Shown: positions 1 through 10,935, numbered from the stretch's first letter. The stretch: 64,000 nt of DNA from an uncultured Candidatus Rokubacteria bacterium (GCA_963771355.1 CAVYTA010000004.1:1-64000), one strand, 5' to 3'. Notes: generated from the letters alone by a model not told the origin. A program made the numbers and translations.

Positions 1-847
1 GAACGCGCCGGATCACCCGCCAGATCTGACGGATGGAGGCGTCGACGCCGCGAAGGGAGTCGACCGCATGGCGGCTCCGCGGGCCGAAGGCGTGGGCCGA
101 CACGTCGTAGTCCAGGAAGTTGACGTAGATCGCGGGCAACCCCGCATAGGCGTCGCGCGACGCCGCGAGGGTGAAGAGCTCCCGTATCCACACCGAGATG
201 CCGACGTGAAGCTGCAACCATTGCCAGTGCACCTTGACCGCGCCGGGCTCGCGAACCATCCGCGGCACCACGAGGGCGATCTCGCGCAGAGTCAGAGCCA
301 GACTCTTCAAGATCACCCAGCCGACCACGACCGCGCCGGTCAGAACGCTGGTGAGGCCTCGCCGCGTCGGCCGGCTCAGCCGCGTGAAGCTGAACAGCGC
401 ATCGTCAGCTCCGCCGGTGAACACGCACCCGTACACGCTTCCGCCGGAGAGCACGCCGGTGCGGCCCTTGGTATGATCCGTCTCCACGAGCTCGGCATGG
501 CCGGCTCGCGGAAAGTGGATGTCCATCCGGCGGCGCTTGTCGTGATAGTGGAAGCCGGGAATGTTCGGCCGCACGCCGTACATCAAGGCCATCTGGAAGG
601 CAGGCGTGGAGGTCGGCATGCCCACCGACATGGGTCGCCGCCGGTGCCCGTGGCGCGCCAGGAGTTGCCGGAGGAACGGCATGCGGCCGGTGAGGAGCGC
701 GCGGTCCAGCACCTCGGCCGAGAGCCCGTCGATCTGCACGATGACGAAGCGCCGGTAGGTCGGCTCCGGCGAACGGCCGGCCCGCACGCGACGGATCAGC
801 CGATCGAGGCTTCGCTGCAGGAGCAGGGCAATGTCGTCGGCTGGCAT
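1..847 (-). CDS. alkaline phosphatase/nucleotide pyrophosphatase (type I phosphodiesterase) family protein, runs off window start
   Basis: Hand translation (absent from ORF track): MPADDIALLL...IVQIDGLS...GMPTSTPAFQ...YVNFLDYDVSAHAFGP...LRGVDASI, AlkP-superfamily metal and nucleophile motifs. Confidence 0.75.
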   Translation of the reverse strand, partial: MPADDIALLLQRSLDRLIRRVRAGRSPEPTYRRFVIVQIDGLSAEVLDRALLTGRMPFLRQLLARHGHRRRPMSVGMPTSTPAFQMALMYGVRPNIPGFHYHDKRRRMDIHFPRAGHAELVETDHTKGRTGVLSGGSVYGCVFTGGADDALFSFTRLSRPTRRGLTSVLTGAVVVGWVILKSLALTLREIALVVPRMVREPGAVKVHWQWLQLHVGISVWIRELFTLAASRDAYAGLPAIYVNFLDYDVSAHAFGPRSRHAVDSLRGVDASIRQIWRVIRRV

Positions 848-877
848 CGGAGAGCCGCGACGGCGTCGCCCGCGGCC

Positions 878-1303
878 TTACCGCGGAATGCCCTCGGCGA
901 TACGCACCGCGGTCACGAGGTCCACGCCCTCACGCCGCTGAAAGGTGACGCGGACGGGCGTGCCCGGCCTGAGCCCCGCCCGGTCCACCTTCACCGTTGG
1001 GGGCAGCGCGAAGACGTGTCCGCTCTCGAGGGTGAGCGTCATGGCGGCATTATCCACCCGAGCGACCCGTCCCGTCACCTCCTTGGTGACGCCTCCCTCG
1101 TCGGGGTTGGCCGCGTCGGTCGGGGCCTTGCTCCTGACCGCGGGAGCCTGGCTCTTGTCCGTGGGGTCATAGCCGCCCTGATACCCCTGAACCGGTCCGG
1201 TCGGGTTCGGGGTGGCGGGCGGGTTGCTGGGCTGCGCCGGGGCGGAGCCCACGACGCAGGCCAGCGCCGCGCCCGCCACGAGGCACGCGATCTGGGCGCG
1301 CAT
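878..1303 (-). CDS. secreted protein, DUF1344-like small beta domain
   Basis: Signal peptide, Pro-rich linker, VTGRVARVD...TLTLESG..F.LP...LRPG..VRVTF. Confidence 0.6.
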   Translation of the reverse strand: MRAQIACLVAGAALACVVGSAPAQPSNPPATPNPTGPVQGYQGGYDPTDKSQAPAVRSKAPTDAANPDEGGVTKEVTGRVARVDNAAMTLTLESGHVFALPPTVKVDRAGLRPGTPVRVTFQRREGVDLVTAVRIAEGIPR

Positions 1304-1501
1304 TGCATTAGCGTTCAACGGGGACGCCTGTCTCTTCGTCAAGCCCGGGCTCCCGAGCCGGCCCGGAATCCTTGTCCGGATAGCGCTGCTCCGGCTCGGG
1401 AGGACGGGTTTCCTTGGGGTCGCGATAAGTATCGGGTCTGGGCTGCTTCTTCTTACCCATGTCTCGGTCCCCTTGATACCGGGTAGAGACCTACCCGGTC
1501 G

Positions 1502-1627
1502 CTAGCGTCCGATACCGAGGATGAAGAACAGGAACAGGATGCTGGCAGGAACGCCGAGCATCCAGAGAATCACGTACGTGAGCGCACGGCCCTCCTGCAT
1601 CTTCCGGCTGAAGCGATCGAGCTTCAT
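1502..1627 (-). CDS. small (41 aa) membrane protein
   Basis: MKLDRFSRKMQEGRALTYVILWMLGVPASILFLFFILGIGR; GGAGG RBS; sigma54 motif upstream. Confidence 0.6.
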   Translation of the reverse strand: MKLDRFSRKMQEGRALTYVILWMLGVPASILFLFFILGIGR

Positions 1628-1683
1628 CACATCCTCCTGTGTTTCACATCGAGGTAGTGGGTGCTGTCTGCCCGTATGCAAGA

Positions 1684-1699
1684 GGCAGCTTTCGTGCCA
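1684..1699 (-). promoter_or_regulatory. sigma54 (-24/-12) promoter
   Basis: TGGCACGAAAGCTGCC = GG-N10-GC. Confidence 0.65.
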
Positions 1700-1700
1700 G

Positions 1701-2195
1701 CTAGGCAGGCTCCTCGAGGCCGGTCCGCGCAAAGCGGCGCAGCGCCAACTGATGCCGAGGAAGCAAGACGCCGAGCATCCCGATCGTCGCGAACACGTTG
1801 CCGATCACGATTGCCCACCACGGGATCGGGTCCAGGAGCCCCTCCGCCAGCACCACCAGGAGGGCCAGGAAAGCGACCTGGAAACAGCACAGCAGCATGA
1901 AGATGGCGAACAGGAAGCGGAAATCCCGGTCGGCGATCGCGAACAATCCGCCAAGCGCGCAGCCGAACACGATGAACGCGAGGCCGTGCACGATCGTGTA
2001 CTTGACGACGAGTCGGGTGCTGGTCTCGACCGGCGCGGCGTGGCTCCAGCCATCGAAGAGCGCCGCACCGAGCAGGCTCGGCGTCCGCAACGGCGTGTCC
2101 CTCAGAAGATCGTAGGCGAGGAACCACACCGCGACCATCACCGCACCGATGAGTCCGGCGGTGGCACCCTCGAGTAGGACGTTTTTCGCGCGCAT
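1701..2195 (-). CDS. hypothetical 4-TM membrane protein
   Basis: Four hydrophobic segments, AAGGAGG RBS before MRAKNV. Confidence 0.75.
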   Translation of the reverse strand: MRAKNVLLEGATAGLIGAVMVAVWFLAYDLLRDTPLRTPSLLGAALFDGWSHAAPVETSTRLVVKYTIVHGLAFIVFGCALGGLFAIADRDFRFLFAIFMLLCCFQVAFLALLVVLAEGLLDPIPWWAIVIGNVFATIGMLGVLLPRHQLALRRFARTGLEEPA

Positions 2196-2230
2196 AGCGG
2201 AGCCCTCCTTTTCTCTCAACAGTCCTGGGG

Positions 2231-2246
2231 TGCCAGAGTCGTGCCA
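2231..2246 (-). promoter_or_regulatory. sigma54 promoter
   Basis: TGGCACGACTCTGGCA = GG-N10-GC, about 35 bp upstream of the 2195 start. Confidence 0.6.
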
Positions 2247-2296
2247 GGGACGCGACAAGGTAGGAATCGCAGGGCAGCGATTACCGACTTCCACGA

Positions 2297-2312
2297 AGGC
2301 ACGGATGTTGCT
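2297..2312 (+). promoter_or_regulatory. sigma54 promoter
   Basis: AGGCACGGATGTTGCT = GG-N10-GC with TTGC, upstream of the 2341 start. Confidence 0.65.
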
Positions 2313-2340
2313 TCCTCCCAACTTGAAAGGAGGTGTCGTC

Positions 2341-2508
2341 ATGTCGCTGATCCATACGATCTACTGCCCGCGCTGTGCGAAGCTCCAGGGAGTAAGGGAC
2401 TGGCGCGAACATCGTGACAATCTCGTGCTGGAGCTGGAGCCATGTGGCCACGTGATCGAGCGCTGCGCGCGCGTCGAGTGGGAGCCGGACGAGGTCGCAG
2501 CCGCTTGA
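2341..2508 (+). CDS. small putative Zn-ribbon protein (55 aa)
   Basis: AAGGAGGT RBS; YCPRC...PCGH. Confidence 0.6.
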   Translation: MSLIHTIYCPRCAKLQGVRDWREHRDNLVLELEPCGHVIERCARVEWEPDEVAAA

Positions 2509-2546
2509 CCCGCGCTCTCCGCGCGGCCTCCGACTGAGGTGTCGGA

Positions 2547-3227
2547 GTGTCCCGCTGGAGAATTGCTGTCGTCGTGGCACTCGGCGTAGGTCTCGGCGCG
2601 CTGGCGATGAGCCTGGACGTCACGGACTTGGTGCCGCGACTCCGGACCCGCATCGACGCCCTGGGGGCCTGGGGCCCGGTAGCCTTCGTGGCGCTGTACG
2701 TTTCCACCACCATGGTGGGGGTGCCGGGAACGCCGTTCACGGTGGTCGCGCCGTTGCTGTTCGGTAGCCTTGCCGCCTTTGTCACCATGGTGGTGGCAAG
2801 CACACTCTCGGCCTCGGGCGCCTTTCTCGTCTCCCGCCATCTCGCCCGCGACGCCGTGAGGCGTCGGCTGGGAAGCCACCCCCGCTTCAAGCAGCTCGAC
2901 CGATTGCTGGACGAGCATGCCTGGATCGTGATCCCGTTCGTGCGGGTGGTCCCGTTCCCCTTCGTGGTCAATAACTATGGCCTGGGGCTCACGCGCATCG
3001 GCTTCTGGCGCTACCTCGCCTGGTCCGAGGTGGGGATGGTGCCGATGAACGCGCTCCTCGTCCTGGGGGCGGACTCGGTCTTGCGGGCGGTGTCCGGGAA
3101 CATGTCCTGGGCCGTGACGGGACTCGCGGTGGTCGCTGCGGGGGTCATCGCGGTCCTGGCGGTCCTCGGACGGCGGCGCTGGGTCGCGGCGGAGCGTCAG
3201 GAGATGGCGAGTACGACCAAGGCCTGA
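2547..3227 (+). CDS. TVP38/TMEM64 (DedA/SNARE-associated) membrane protein
   Basis: VPGTPFTVVAPLLFG, FVRVVPFPFVVNNYGLGLT motifs. Confidence 0.85.
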   Translation: MSRWRIAVVVALGVGLGALAMSLDVTDLVPRLRTRIDALGAWGPVAFVALYVSTTMVGVPGTPFTVVAPLLFGSLAAFVTMVVASTLSASGAFLVSRHLARDAVRRRLGSHPRFKQLDRLLDEHAWIVIPFVRVVPFPFVVNNYGLGLTRIGFWRYLAWSEVGMVPMNALLVLGADSVLRAVSGNMSWAVTGLAVVAAGVIAVLAVLGRRRWVAAERQEMASTTKA

Positions 3228-3397
3228 TACCCCCTCGGTGCACCCCGGGGCACTCTCGGGTGCACATCGTGGCCGATCCCGCGCCAGGCTCCGGAGGCTC
3301 GCTCTCGACCGAGCTCGCCCGGGAGCGCACGCGCGCCGCCATCCTGACGCTCCCGTACGTGAAATGGCGACGACACCCAGACCCCCGAGGTGGCTCA

Positions 3398-4804
3398 ATG
3401 ACGAAGTTTGGTGTAGTGCTCTCGCTCATCGGCGTGACGCTCCTGTCTGGCTGCGCCAGCGCGCACGTGGTCACCGTGAAACGAGCGACGGCGGACGTGC
3501 CGTGCCTGCGACCGGTTCCCGAGCAGGACTTGCTGGTCGGCATCGCGCTGTCCGGCGGGGGCAGTCGCGCGGCGCTGTTCGGCCTGGCCGGCCTGGAGGC
3601 TCTGGCCGAGTTGAGGGCGGCGGACGGCGCATCGGTCCTCGGAAAGGTCTCGCACCTGTCGAGCGTCTCCGGGGGCAGCCTGGCGGCCAGCTACTACGCC
3701 CTCAAGAAGCCGGGTCGAGAGGTCGCCATCTTCAAGCCGGATGGCTCCCTTTCCGACGCGTACCGAACCTTCTTCACCCAGTACCGAGCCGACCTGGGCC
3801 AGGATTTCGAGACGCCCCTGATCTGGAACCAGCTTCTGTCGTTCCGATGGATCAATCCCGCCCTGGCGGCGCGATCGCTCGCGGAGATCCTGCGCGATCG
3901 CCTCTTCGGCATGGCGACCCTTGGTGAGATCAGCGAGCGCGAGGCGAGGGGAGATAGCCCCGGCCTCATCGTCAACAGTACGCTCTACAACAATGGCCGT
4001 CGCTTCGCCGCCACCGTCCTGCCGACCGAAGCCTTCGACTATGACTTCTTCGCGGACCTGGAGAAGTCCCTCCGGGCGCGCGGGCGCGAGATGGAGCCGG
4101 CGCCTTATATGCAGAAGCGCTGGGCCCTGCTCAGGCCGATGACCCCGCTCGAGATACACATGGATCCGTGCCCGCTCCCCCTGGCCGGTGTGGCGACCGC
4201 GTCGGCATCCTTCCCGCCGCTCGTCGGGCCCATCACCATGCAGGTGGGTGGGGAAAAGACCTACTGGCATGCCGGCGACGGCGGCCTCTACGAGAACAAC
4301 GGCGCCGAGACGCTCCTCTTGATGTATCTCAAGCAGCTGCAGGCGAAGCGGACCAAGCGCGCGTTGCTCAACGCGTTCGACAGCTCGTTTCCCTTCGCGG
4401 TCGGAGAACGCCGGCTCGGGCTTCGGTCCTTGCCGTTCTCCATCCTCAACTTCGATTTTTCCCGCATCCCGAGCATCATGGAGGAGCGGGCCACGACCTA
4501 TCAGGCGCTTTTCTTCCGGTCTCTCCAGCTGGAAGGAGTTTTCCTCGACAGTAAGACCCTGGGCACCGTGGCCCTTCGCCATACCGATGCCAAGTGGGCG
4601 CAGGACATGAGCGACCTGCCGCCCGCCTGCAAGGCCGAGCCGGAACCGCTCAAGACTCCTCAGCAGGTGGTGGAGCGCATCGCCGAGATCCCGACGCGGC
4701 TCGCGATTAGCTCCGAGTGAGACCGGCAGCTCCTCGCGACAGCCGCCACCAAGCTGGTCGCGGAGCATCGGAGCGAGATTCTCGATTTCATCAACCGCCC
4801 GTAG
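3398..4804 (+). CDS. patatin-like phospholipase lipoprotein with in-frame TGA at 4718-4720
   Basis: Lipobox LLSGC; LSGGGSRAA, SSVSGGS, GDGGLYEN; frame continues 27 codons past the TGA to TAG at 4802-4804. Confidence 0.8.
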
Positions 4805-4951
4805 GGCGAGGGGATCGGGATGCCGGGGAAGGGCCCGTCCAAGCTGAAAGTCGTCGACCTCGCCCCCGCGGCCGCCGGCGTCCCACCTCGACCTCGAACG
4901 TGAGCTTCCGCTGCATCGTCCGGCCCTGACCCGTCACGCGCCGCGGCCTTC

Positions 4952-5401
4952 CTAGTTCTTGAGCTTGACGTCCAGGCCCTTGGCGCCGGCGGTCAGCTCC
5001 ACACCCGTTCCCGTCCCGGTCAGCTTCATGACCACCCCGTGCTGATTCTTCATTGTCATCGCCCCGGCGCCGCCACCCGCCGTGGCTCCGGCCTGGCCGG
5101 CGACATAGTTTCCGGAGAAATCCGAGAGCTTCTTGAGGTTGAAGACCTCTCCGGTGGCGGTCACCTTGGAGACCCCGAGGTCCACCACGCTGAGCCCGTC
5201 CACGGAGAAGACGCGCTCTTTCCCCTGATAGGTCAGCTTACCGTCGCCCCAGCTCACCCCGATGCCGCGCGCCACGGACTTGCTCTCCATCGAGACCTTG
5301 CCGGAGGGGGGACCTTCCTGAGCCATGCCGAAGGTCGCCGCCACCAGCAGTCCCACCACGGTGGTCCGAAACACGAATGTCCCCCAGGGCCCCAAGCGCA
5401 T
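4952..5401 (-). CDS. secreted DUF1134/EipA-like protein
   Basis: GIGVSWGDGKLTYQG...GEVFNLKKLSDFSGNY...MKNQHGVV. Confidence 0.65.
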   Translation of the reverse strand: MRLGPWGTFVFRTTVVGLLVAATFGMAQEGPPSGKVSMESKSVARGIGVSWGDGKLTYQGKERVFSVDGLSVVDLGVSKVTATGEVFNLKKLSDFSGNYVAGQAGATAGGGAGAMTMKNQHGVVMKLTGTGTGVELTAGAKGLDVKLKN

Positions 5402-5640
5402 GTCCTGATCCTCCCGGTCCGAGCGGCGGAGAAAGTCGGTCAAGTACGACCAAAGTCCGATGCCCCCTCAGGGTCCCCGGCGCGAGGCCGGCTCGGTCAA
5501 AACCGCGCGTAGGCTCGGAGCTGCCGAGGACGACGAGCGGGAACCGCTGACGAGATCCTCGCATCACGCTGGATTTGATCCGAGCGAGCCTGGGATGACA
5601 ATACGACGAAGGTCTCATTCCAGGCCCGTCGGCCGGCGCA

Positions 5641-5880
5641 TCACTTCTTGACGTTGGCCTCGTACTCCTCGGATGAGATCGACCGGACGTCAGCCACCGG
5701 TAGGGTCATCTCCTTGCCGGTCATTGCGTCCTTGAACCGGACATTGTTCGGCTCCCGCGCGTAGTCCTTGGTGTAGTAGACGCGGCCGTTGCTGGTATCC
5801 GTGATCCGGAAGTAGTAGGAGCAACCGCCCACGCCCAGTGCCGCAATGAGAAGCGCCAGTGCCAGGGAAGCGTTCTTCAT
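5641..5880 (-). CDS. small lipoprotein
   Basis: Signal peptide, lipobox VGGC, AAGGAGG RBS. Confidence 0.7.
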   Translation of the reverse strand: MKNASLALALLIAALGVGGCSYYFRITDTSNGRVYYTKDYAREPNNVRFKDAMTGKEMTLPVADVRSISSEEYEANVKK

Positions 5881-6006
5881 GGTGCCCTCCTTGAGCCGAG
5901 ACTAGTAGGGGAGCCGGCCGGGCGACTCTCGGACCAAAGTCCGATAGAAAGCTTCACGGGCCCTCCGGCCGGTTGCTAGAATGGCCGGTACCGTCCCGTC
6001 AACGCA

Positions 6007-7559
6007 ATGGCAGCCTGGCTCCGTCGGATCATGCTCGGCCTCGCCCTCCTGGGAGCCTTCCCGGGCACGGGCGACGCCGCTCGTTCGGGAACCATAGAGA
6101 TCAGGGGGAAGGGCGGCTCCCTGGGCTCGCTCACCCCGGTAAGTCTCGATGAAGGCGGCTCGTATCTTGCCGCCGAGCGCCTCGCCGCGGTGCTCAAGGG
6201 CACCTGGTCCGCCAAGGGGACGCGTGGCACCCTCACCGTGGGCTCCCGCTCGGCTCAGTTCAACCGCAACCAAGCGCGCGTGCTGATCGCCGGGAATGCC
6301 CTCACTCTCGATTCCCCGGCCCGGCTGGGTGCCTCGGGCTGGCTCATCCCGGAGGACTTCCTCGCCAAAGGCCTGACGCGCCTCGTTCCCGGGGTCACCA
6401 TGAAGGTGGTCGCCGCGCCGGCGCCTGCCACGCGGGCAACGGCCAAGCCGGTGGCCGCCGCTGCACCCACGGTCCCGTTCGAGGATCTGCGCCTACGCTC
6501 CTATCCGTCCTTCACTCGCATCGTGCTCGAGACGGCGGGGCCGGTCGGCTACGCCATTGTGGACGAGGGCGCGGAGCGGAGGGAGATCCGCATGAGGCTC
6601 CCGGGGCTTCGGCTCGCCGGACCCCAAAGGCAAGAGATCGACGATGGACTGGTGAAGGAGCTCCGACTCGAGCCGGCGAGCGTCGGCGCCGTGCTCCGTA
6701 TCGTTCTCGAGGCCTCCGTCGGCCACGTGAAGGACTTCGCCCTGCAGGATCCCTATCGGATCGTGCTGGACCTTTACCGCCCCCGGGAAGGCGCGGGTCC
6801 GGAGGGCACGCCGGGCGGGGCCGCCGCCCAGCCGCTCCGCCTCATCGTGCTCGACGCCGGGCATGGCGGGCATGACTCGGGCGCCACCGGCCCCACCGGG
6901 GTCCAGGAAAAGGAAGTGGTGCTCGACGTCACGCGGCGGGTGGCCCGCATGATGGAGGAGAGCGGGTTCGGCATCAAGGTGGTCTTGAGCCGCGGCGCGG
7001 ATGTCTTCGTGCCCCTGCGTGACCGCACCAATTTCGCCAACAAGCAGCGGGCCGACCTCTTCGTGTCCATTCACGCGAACGCCCACCCGCGCTCGGTGTC
7101 GGAGGGGGTGGAGACGTATTTCCTTTCGTCCGAGGCCAGCGACACCGAGGCGCGTCAGACGGCGGCGATCGAGAATGGCGCCGTCCAGCTCGAGTCCCCG
7201 GCCGCGCGGCAGAAGACCGACGCCATCCGGAGCATCCTCTGGGATCTCGCCCAATCCGAGTTCCAGCAGGAGTCGAGCTTCCTGGCCGAGACCGTGCTGG
7301 ACTCGATGACCCGCTCGCTCCGCCTCGTCAATCGCGGAGTCAAGCAGGCGGGCTTCTTCGTGCTGGGCGGCGCCGCCATGCCCGCCATCCTCATCGAGAT
7401 CGGCTTCTTGACGAACCCGAAGGAAGAACGAAAGCTGGCGACGCCGGAGTATCGTGAGGCGACGGCGCGGGCCATCTTTGCCGGCCTCCAGGAATACAAG
7501 CGCCGTCACGACCAGCGCATGCGTGCCGCGGTCGCGCGTCCCGGACGGGCCGCCACCCG

Positions 7560-7563
<4 letters not shown>
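6007..7563 (+). CDS. amiC: N-acetylmuramoyl-L-alanine amidase (AMIN + Amidase_3)
   Basis: [29 protein letters not shown]. Confidence 0.9.
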
Positions 7564-8312
<749 letters not shown>

Positions 8313-8316
8313 CGCC

Positions 8317-8943
8317 GTGCTGCTGCTGGCCACCGCCAATGCCGCCAAGGCTCGTGAGCTGGCGGCATTGCTGACCGGCGTTCCGTATCGACTGCGCACC
8401 CTCGCCGACTTCCCCGGCGTCACCTTGCCGCCCGAGGGTGCCGACTCCTACGTGGAGAATGCGCTGGCCAAGGCGCGGGCGGCCGCAGCGGCGTCCGGGG
8501 CGCTCACGCTGGCCGACGATTCAGGCATCGAGGTGGATGCGCTCGGCGGGGCGCCGGGCGTGCTGTCCGCGCGCTACGGCGGCGAGGGCCTGTCGGACGC
8601 GGAGCGGTGCGCGAAGATGCTCGAGGCGCTCAAGGGCGTGCCACCGCTCAAGCGTTCCGCCCGCTACCGCTGCGTCATCGCGCTCGTCGAGCCTGCCGGC
8701 CGCGCGACCGCACCCGCCGGCCGCGAGGCCACACTCGAAGGGGCGGTCGACGGCATCCTGCTCGACGAGCGCGTGGGCACCGGCGGGTTCGGCTACGATC
8801 CGATCTTCTACTATCCACCGCTGGACGCCACCTTCGCCCAGCTCTCCGCGGACGAGAAGCACGCGGTGAGCCACCGGGGGATCGCGATGGCCCGCGCCCG
8901 TGCGCTGCTGCTGGACTGGCGCCGCGTCGGCGCCGCGTCCTAG
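8317..8943 (+). CDS. rdgB: non-canonical purine NTP pyrophosphatase
   Basis: ATANAAK, ADDSG, GFGYDPIF, SHRG; follows rph. Confidence 0.95.
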   Translation: MLLLATANAAKARELAALLTGVPYRLRTLADFPGVTLPPEGADSYVENALAKARAAAAASGALTLADDSGIEVDALGGAPGVLSARYGGEGLSDAERCAKMLEALKGVPPLKRSARYRCVIALVEPAGRATAPAGREATLEGAVDGILLDERVGTGGFGYDPIFYYPPLDATFAQLSADEKHAVSHRGIAMARARALLLDWRRVGAAS

Positions 8944-9030
8944 ACCGGCGTCCGGAGCCAACGAGCGCGAGTGGACGCGAGTGGTACGATCCTCCTGACG
9001 GTAGCGTGACGTCGACAAGGAGGCCCATCC

Positions 9031-9903
9031 ATGAGCCAGTCCTCGCGCCCGGTGGCGCAGCTCGTGACGCCGGAGCCCGTGATCGAAGGCGCCGGCGTGC
9101 ATCTCCGCCGGAGCCTCGGAACCCGCCGACTCGACCATCTCGACCCCTTCCTCCTGCTCGACCACTTCGAGTCGGGGAATCCGGCGGACTACGAAGCCGG
9201 ATTCCCGTATCACCCGCATCGCGGGATCGAGACGGTGACGATCGTCCGGAAGGGCGAGATCCAGCACCGCGATTCACTGGGGCACAGCGGCAGCATCGGG
9301 GGCGGCGACATCCAGTGGATGACATCGGGAAGCGGCATTCTCCACGAGGAGATGCCGCAGGTCCGCCCGGAAGGTATCGGCGGGCTGCAGCTGTGGCTCA
9401 ACGTGCCGGCAAGCGAGAAGATGAGTCGGCCGAAGTATCGCGACCTGTCGGGAGAGCGTCTGACCGAGACCGAGGTGGAGGGCGGCGCGCGGCTTCGCGT
9501 GATCGCGGGGGAGGCGGCCGCCGGGAAGCTGGTGGGGCCGGTGGAGGGTCTCGCCGTCGCTCCCAAGTTCGTCGACGTGACGTTGCCGGCGGGCGCGGTG
9601 TTCCGTGAAGCGGTGCCGCGAGGTCATACTGCGTTCGCGTACCTCGACCAGGGTGAGGTCCGCTTCGGACCCGAGCAGAAGCCCGCGCGTGCGCCGGCCC
9701 TCGTGATCTTCGGTGACGGCGACACGGTGGAGGCCTCGGCCGGTCCGGGCGGAGGCCGGTTTCTCCTCGCGGCCGCCCGGCCCCTCGGCGAGCCGATCGC
9801 CCGCCACGGCCCCTTCGTGATGAACACGCGGGCCGAGATCGAGCAGGCGCTACAGGACCTTCGCACGGGGCGCTTCATCCGCGACGAGCCCCGCGACGCG
9901 TGA
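9031..9903 (+). CDS. pirin family protein
   Basis: DPFLLLDHF, HPHRGIETVT, GILHEE, GPFVMN. Confidence 0.95.
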   Translation: MSQSSRPVAQLVTPEPVIEGAGVHLRRSLGTRRLDHLDPFLLLDHFESGNPADYEAGFPYHPHRGIETVTIVRKGEIQHRDSLGHSGSIGGGDIQWMTSGSGILHEEMPQVRPEGIGGLQLWLNVPASEKMSRPKYRDLSGERLTETEVEGGARLRVIAGEAAAGKLVGPVEGLAVAPKFVDVTLPAGAVFREAVPRGHTAFAYLDQGEVRFGPEQKPARAPALVIFGDGDTVEASAGPGGGRFLLAAARPLGEPIARHGPFVMNTRAEIEQALQDLRTGRFIRDEPRDA

Positions 9904-9952
9904 GGCCAGGGTCGCCAAGCAGCCGTCCCAGTGTTAATATCCTCGCGGTTTT

Positions 9953-10029
9953 CGGGGTGTAGCGCAGCCTGGTAGCGCACCTGCTTTGGGAGCAGGGGGT
10001 CGGAGGTTCAAATCCTCTCACCCCGACCA
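9953..10029 (+). tRNA. tRNA-Pro(TGG)
   Basis: CGGGGTG acceptor stem, anticodon loop TTTGGGA, GGTTCAAATCC, CCA end. Confidence 0.97.
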
Positions 10030-10071
10030 ATTTTCCAGGTACTTCGCGGACAGTTTTGCTGCCGGTCTAAC

Positions 10072-10098
10072 CCGTGCGGACGTTTTGCGGACGGTTTT
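10072..10098 (+). repeat. 27-bp direct repeat (second copy 13309-13335), candidate integrase arm-type sites
   Basis: CCGTGCGGACGTTTTGCGGACGGTTTT identical near both island ends. Confidence 0.8.
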
Positions 10099-10119
10099 GC
10101 AACGGGCTCTCCGACCTAG

Positions 10120-10296
10120 CATTCACCGCTGGCGTCTGTTCCAAAGCGCCGGGGCCGGCCATCGGGGAGTGCAACGGGGAAGCGCCGCGGCCGACCGCCC
10201 GGATCGGGGAAGAAGCGGCGCGGGCCAGGGCGCCCTCCGAAAGCCAAGGGCGCTGCTAAGCGCCGGGGCCGGCCACCGAAGGGGAAGACTGACTAG
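10120..10296 (+). pseudogene. AT-hook-repeat basic peptide (3' gene fragment, no ATG)
   Basis: PKRRGRPSGSATGKRRGRPPGSGKKRRGPGRPPKAKGAAKRRGRPPKGKTD*. Confidence 0.65.
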
Positions 10297-10304
10297 TAGG
10301 TCGA

Positions 10305-10430
10305 CTAGCGCGCCATGGTGTAGAGGCGCTTAACTTCATTGGCAGAAAGAATGCCGTTGTAGACGCGGACATCCGTCCATTACTCCGTCAAATTCTCGTG
10401 AGCCATCTGAACGTGATCCGGCGGTCGTCG
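10305..10430 (-). pseudogene. LamG/concanavalin-like jelly-roll C-terminal fragment
   Basis: TAGSRSDGSREFDGVMD(+1 nt)DVRVYNGILSANEVKRLYTMAR*. Confidence 0.6.
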
Positions 10431-10935
10431 ACTTTTTTGCACCAGCCCTACTTGGGCGGGTTTCGTTTGGATGCCTTGGCCCTCTTGTCTGTTACGCACC
10501 AGGCCTGGGCGAGCTGATCGAGGAAGTCGGCGAGGCAGCCCTGCCGCGCCCGCCGCAGTTCCGGCCGACGCCTCGCGACCGGCAGGAAGCTTCGGCGAGG
10601 CTTCAAGCCTGCAACAGCCACTCCCGGGCAACTCGGGACAGCAGCGCCCGAGGATGTGGCGCCCGTCGAAGCGCCGCGATGAGCTCCAAGACGCCCATGG
10701 GTTGGGCCGTGAGGAACCACTTGCTAGTGTCCGACTTAACGCGGACCCCAGGTGTTGGCATCGGTTACTCCTACGGAGGATCCGAAGCATCGGCCCGGTC
10801 GGCGACGTCGTTTCGGGTTTGTCGTCGGCCGGCCCCGTCCCTTCGCCCTCTACTCCGCCGCCGGGGGTTTATCAGATTGTGGGCATTCTCGAGGAACGAG
10901 CATATCGATAGCCTGGGGCCAGCATGCCACGCGTC

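Noticed and set aside
68..1486. 472-aa plus-strand ORF
   Set aside because: Shadow of the minus-strand phosphodiesterase and DUF1344-like genes
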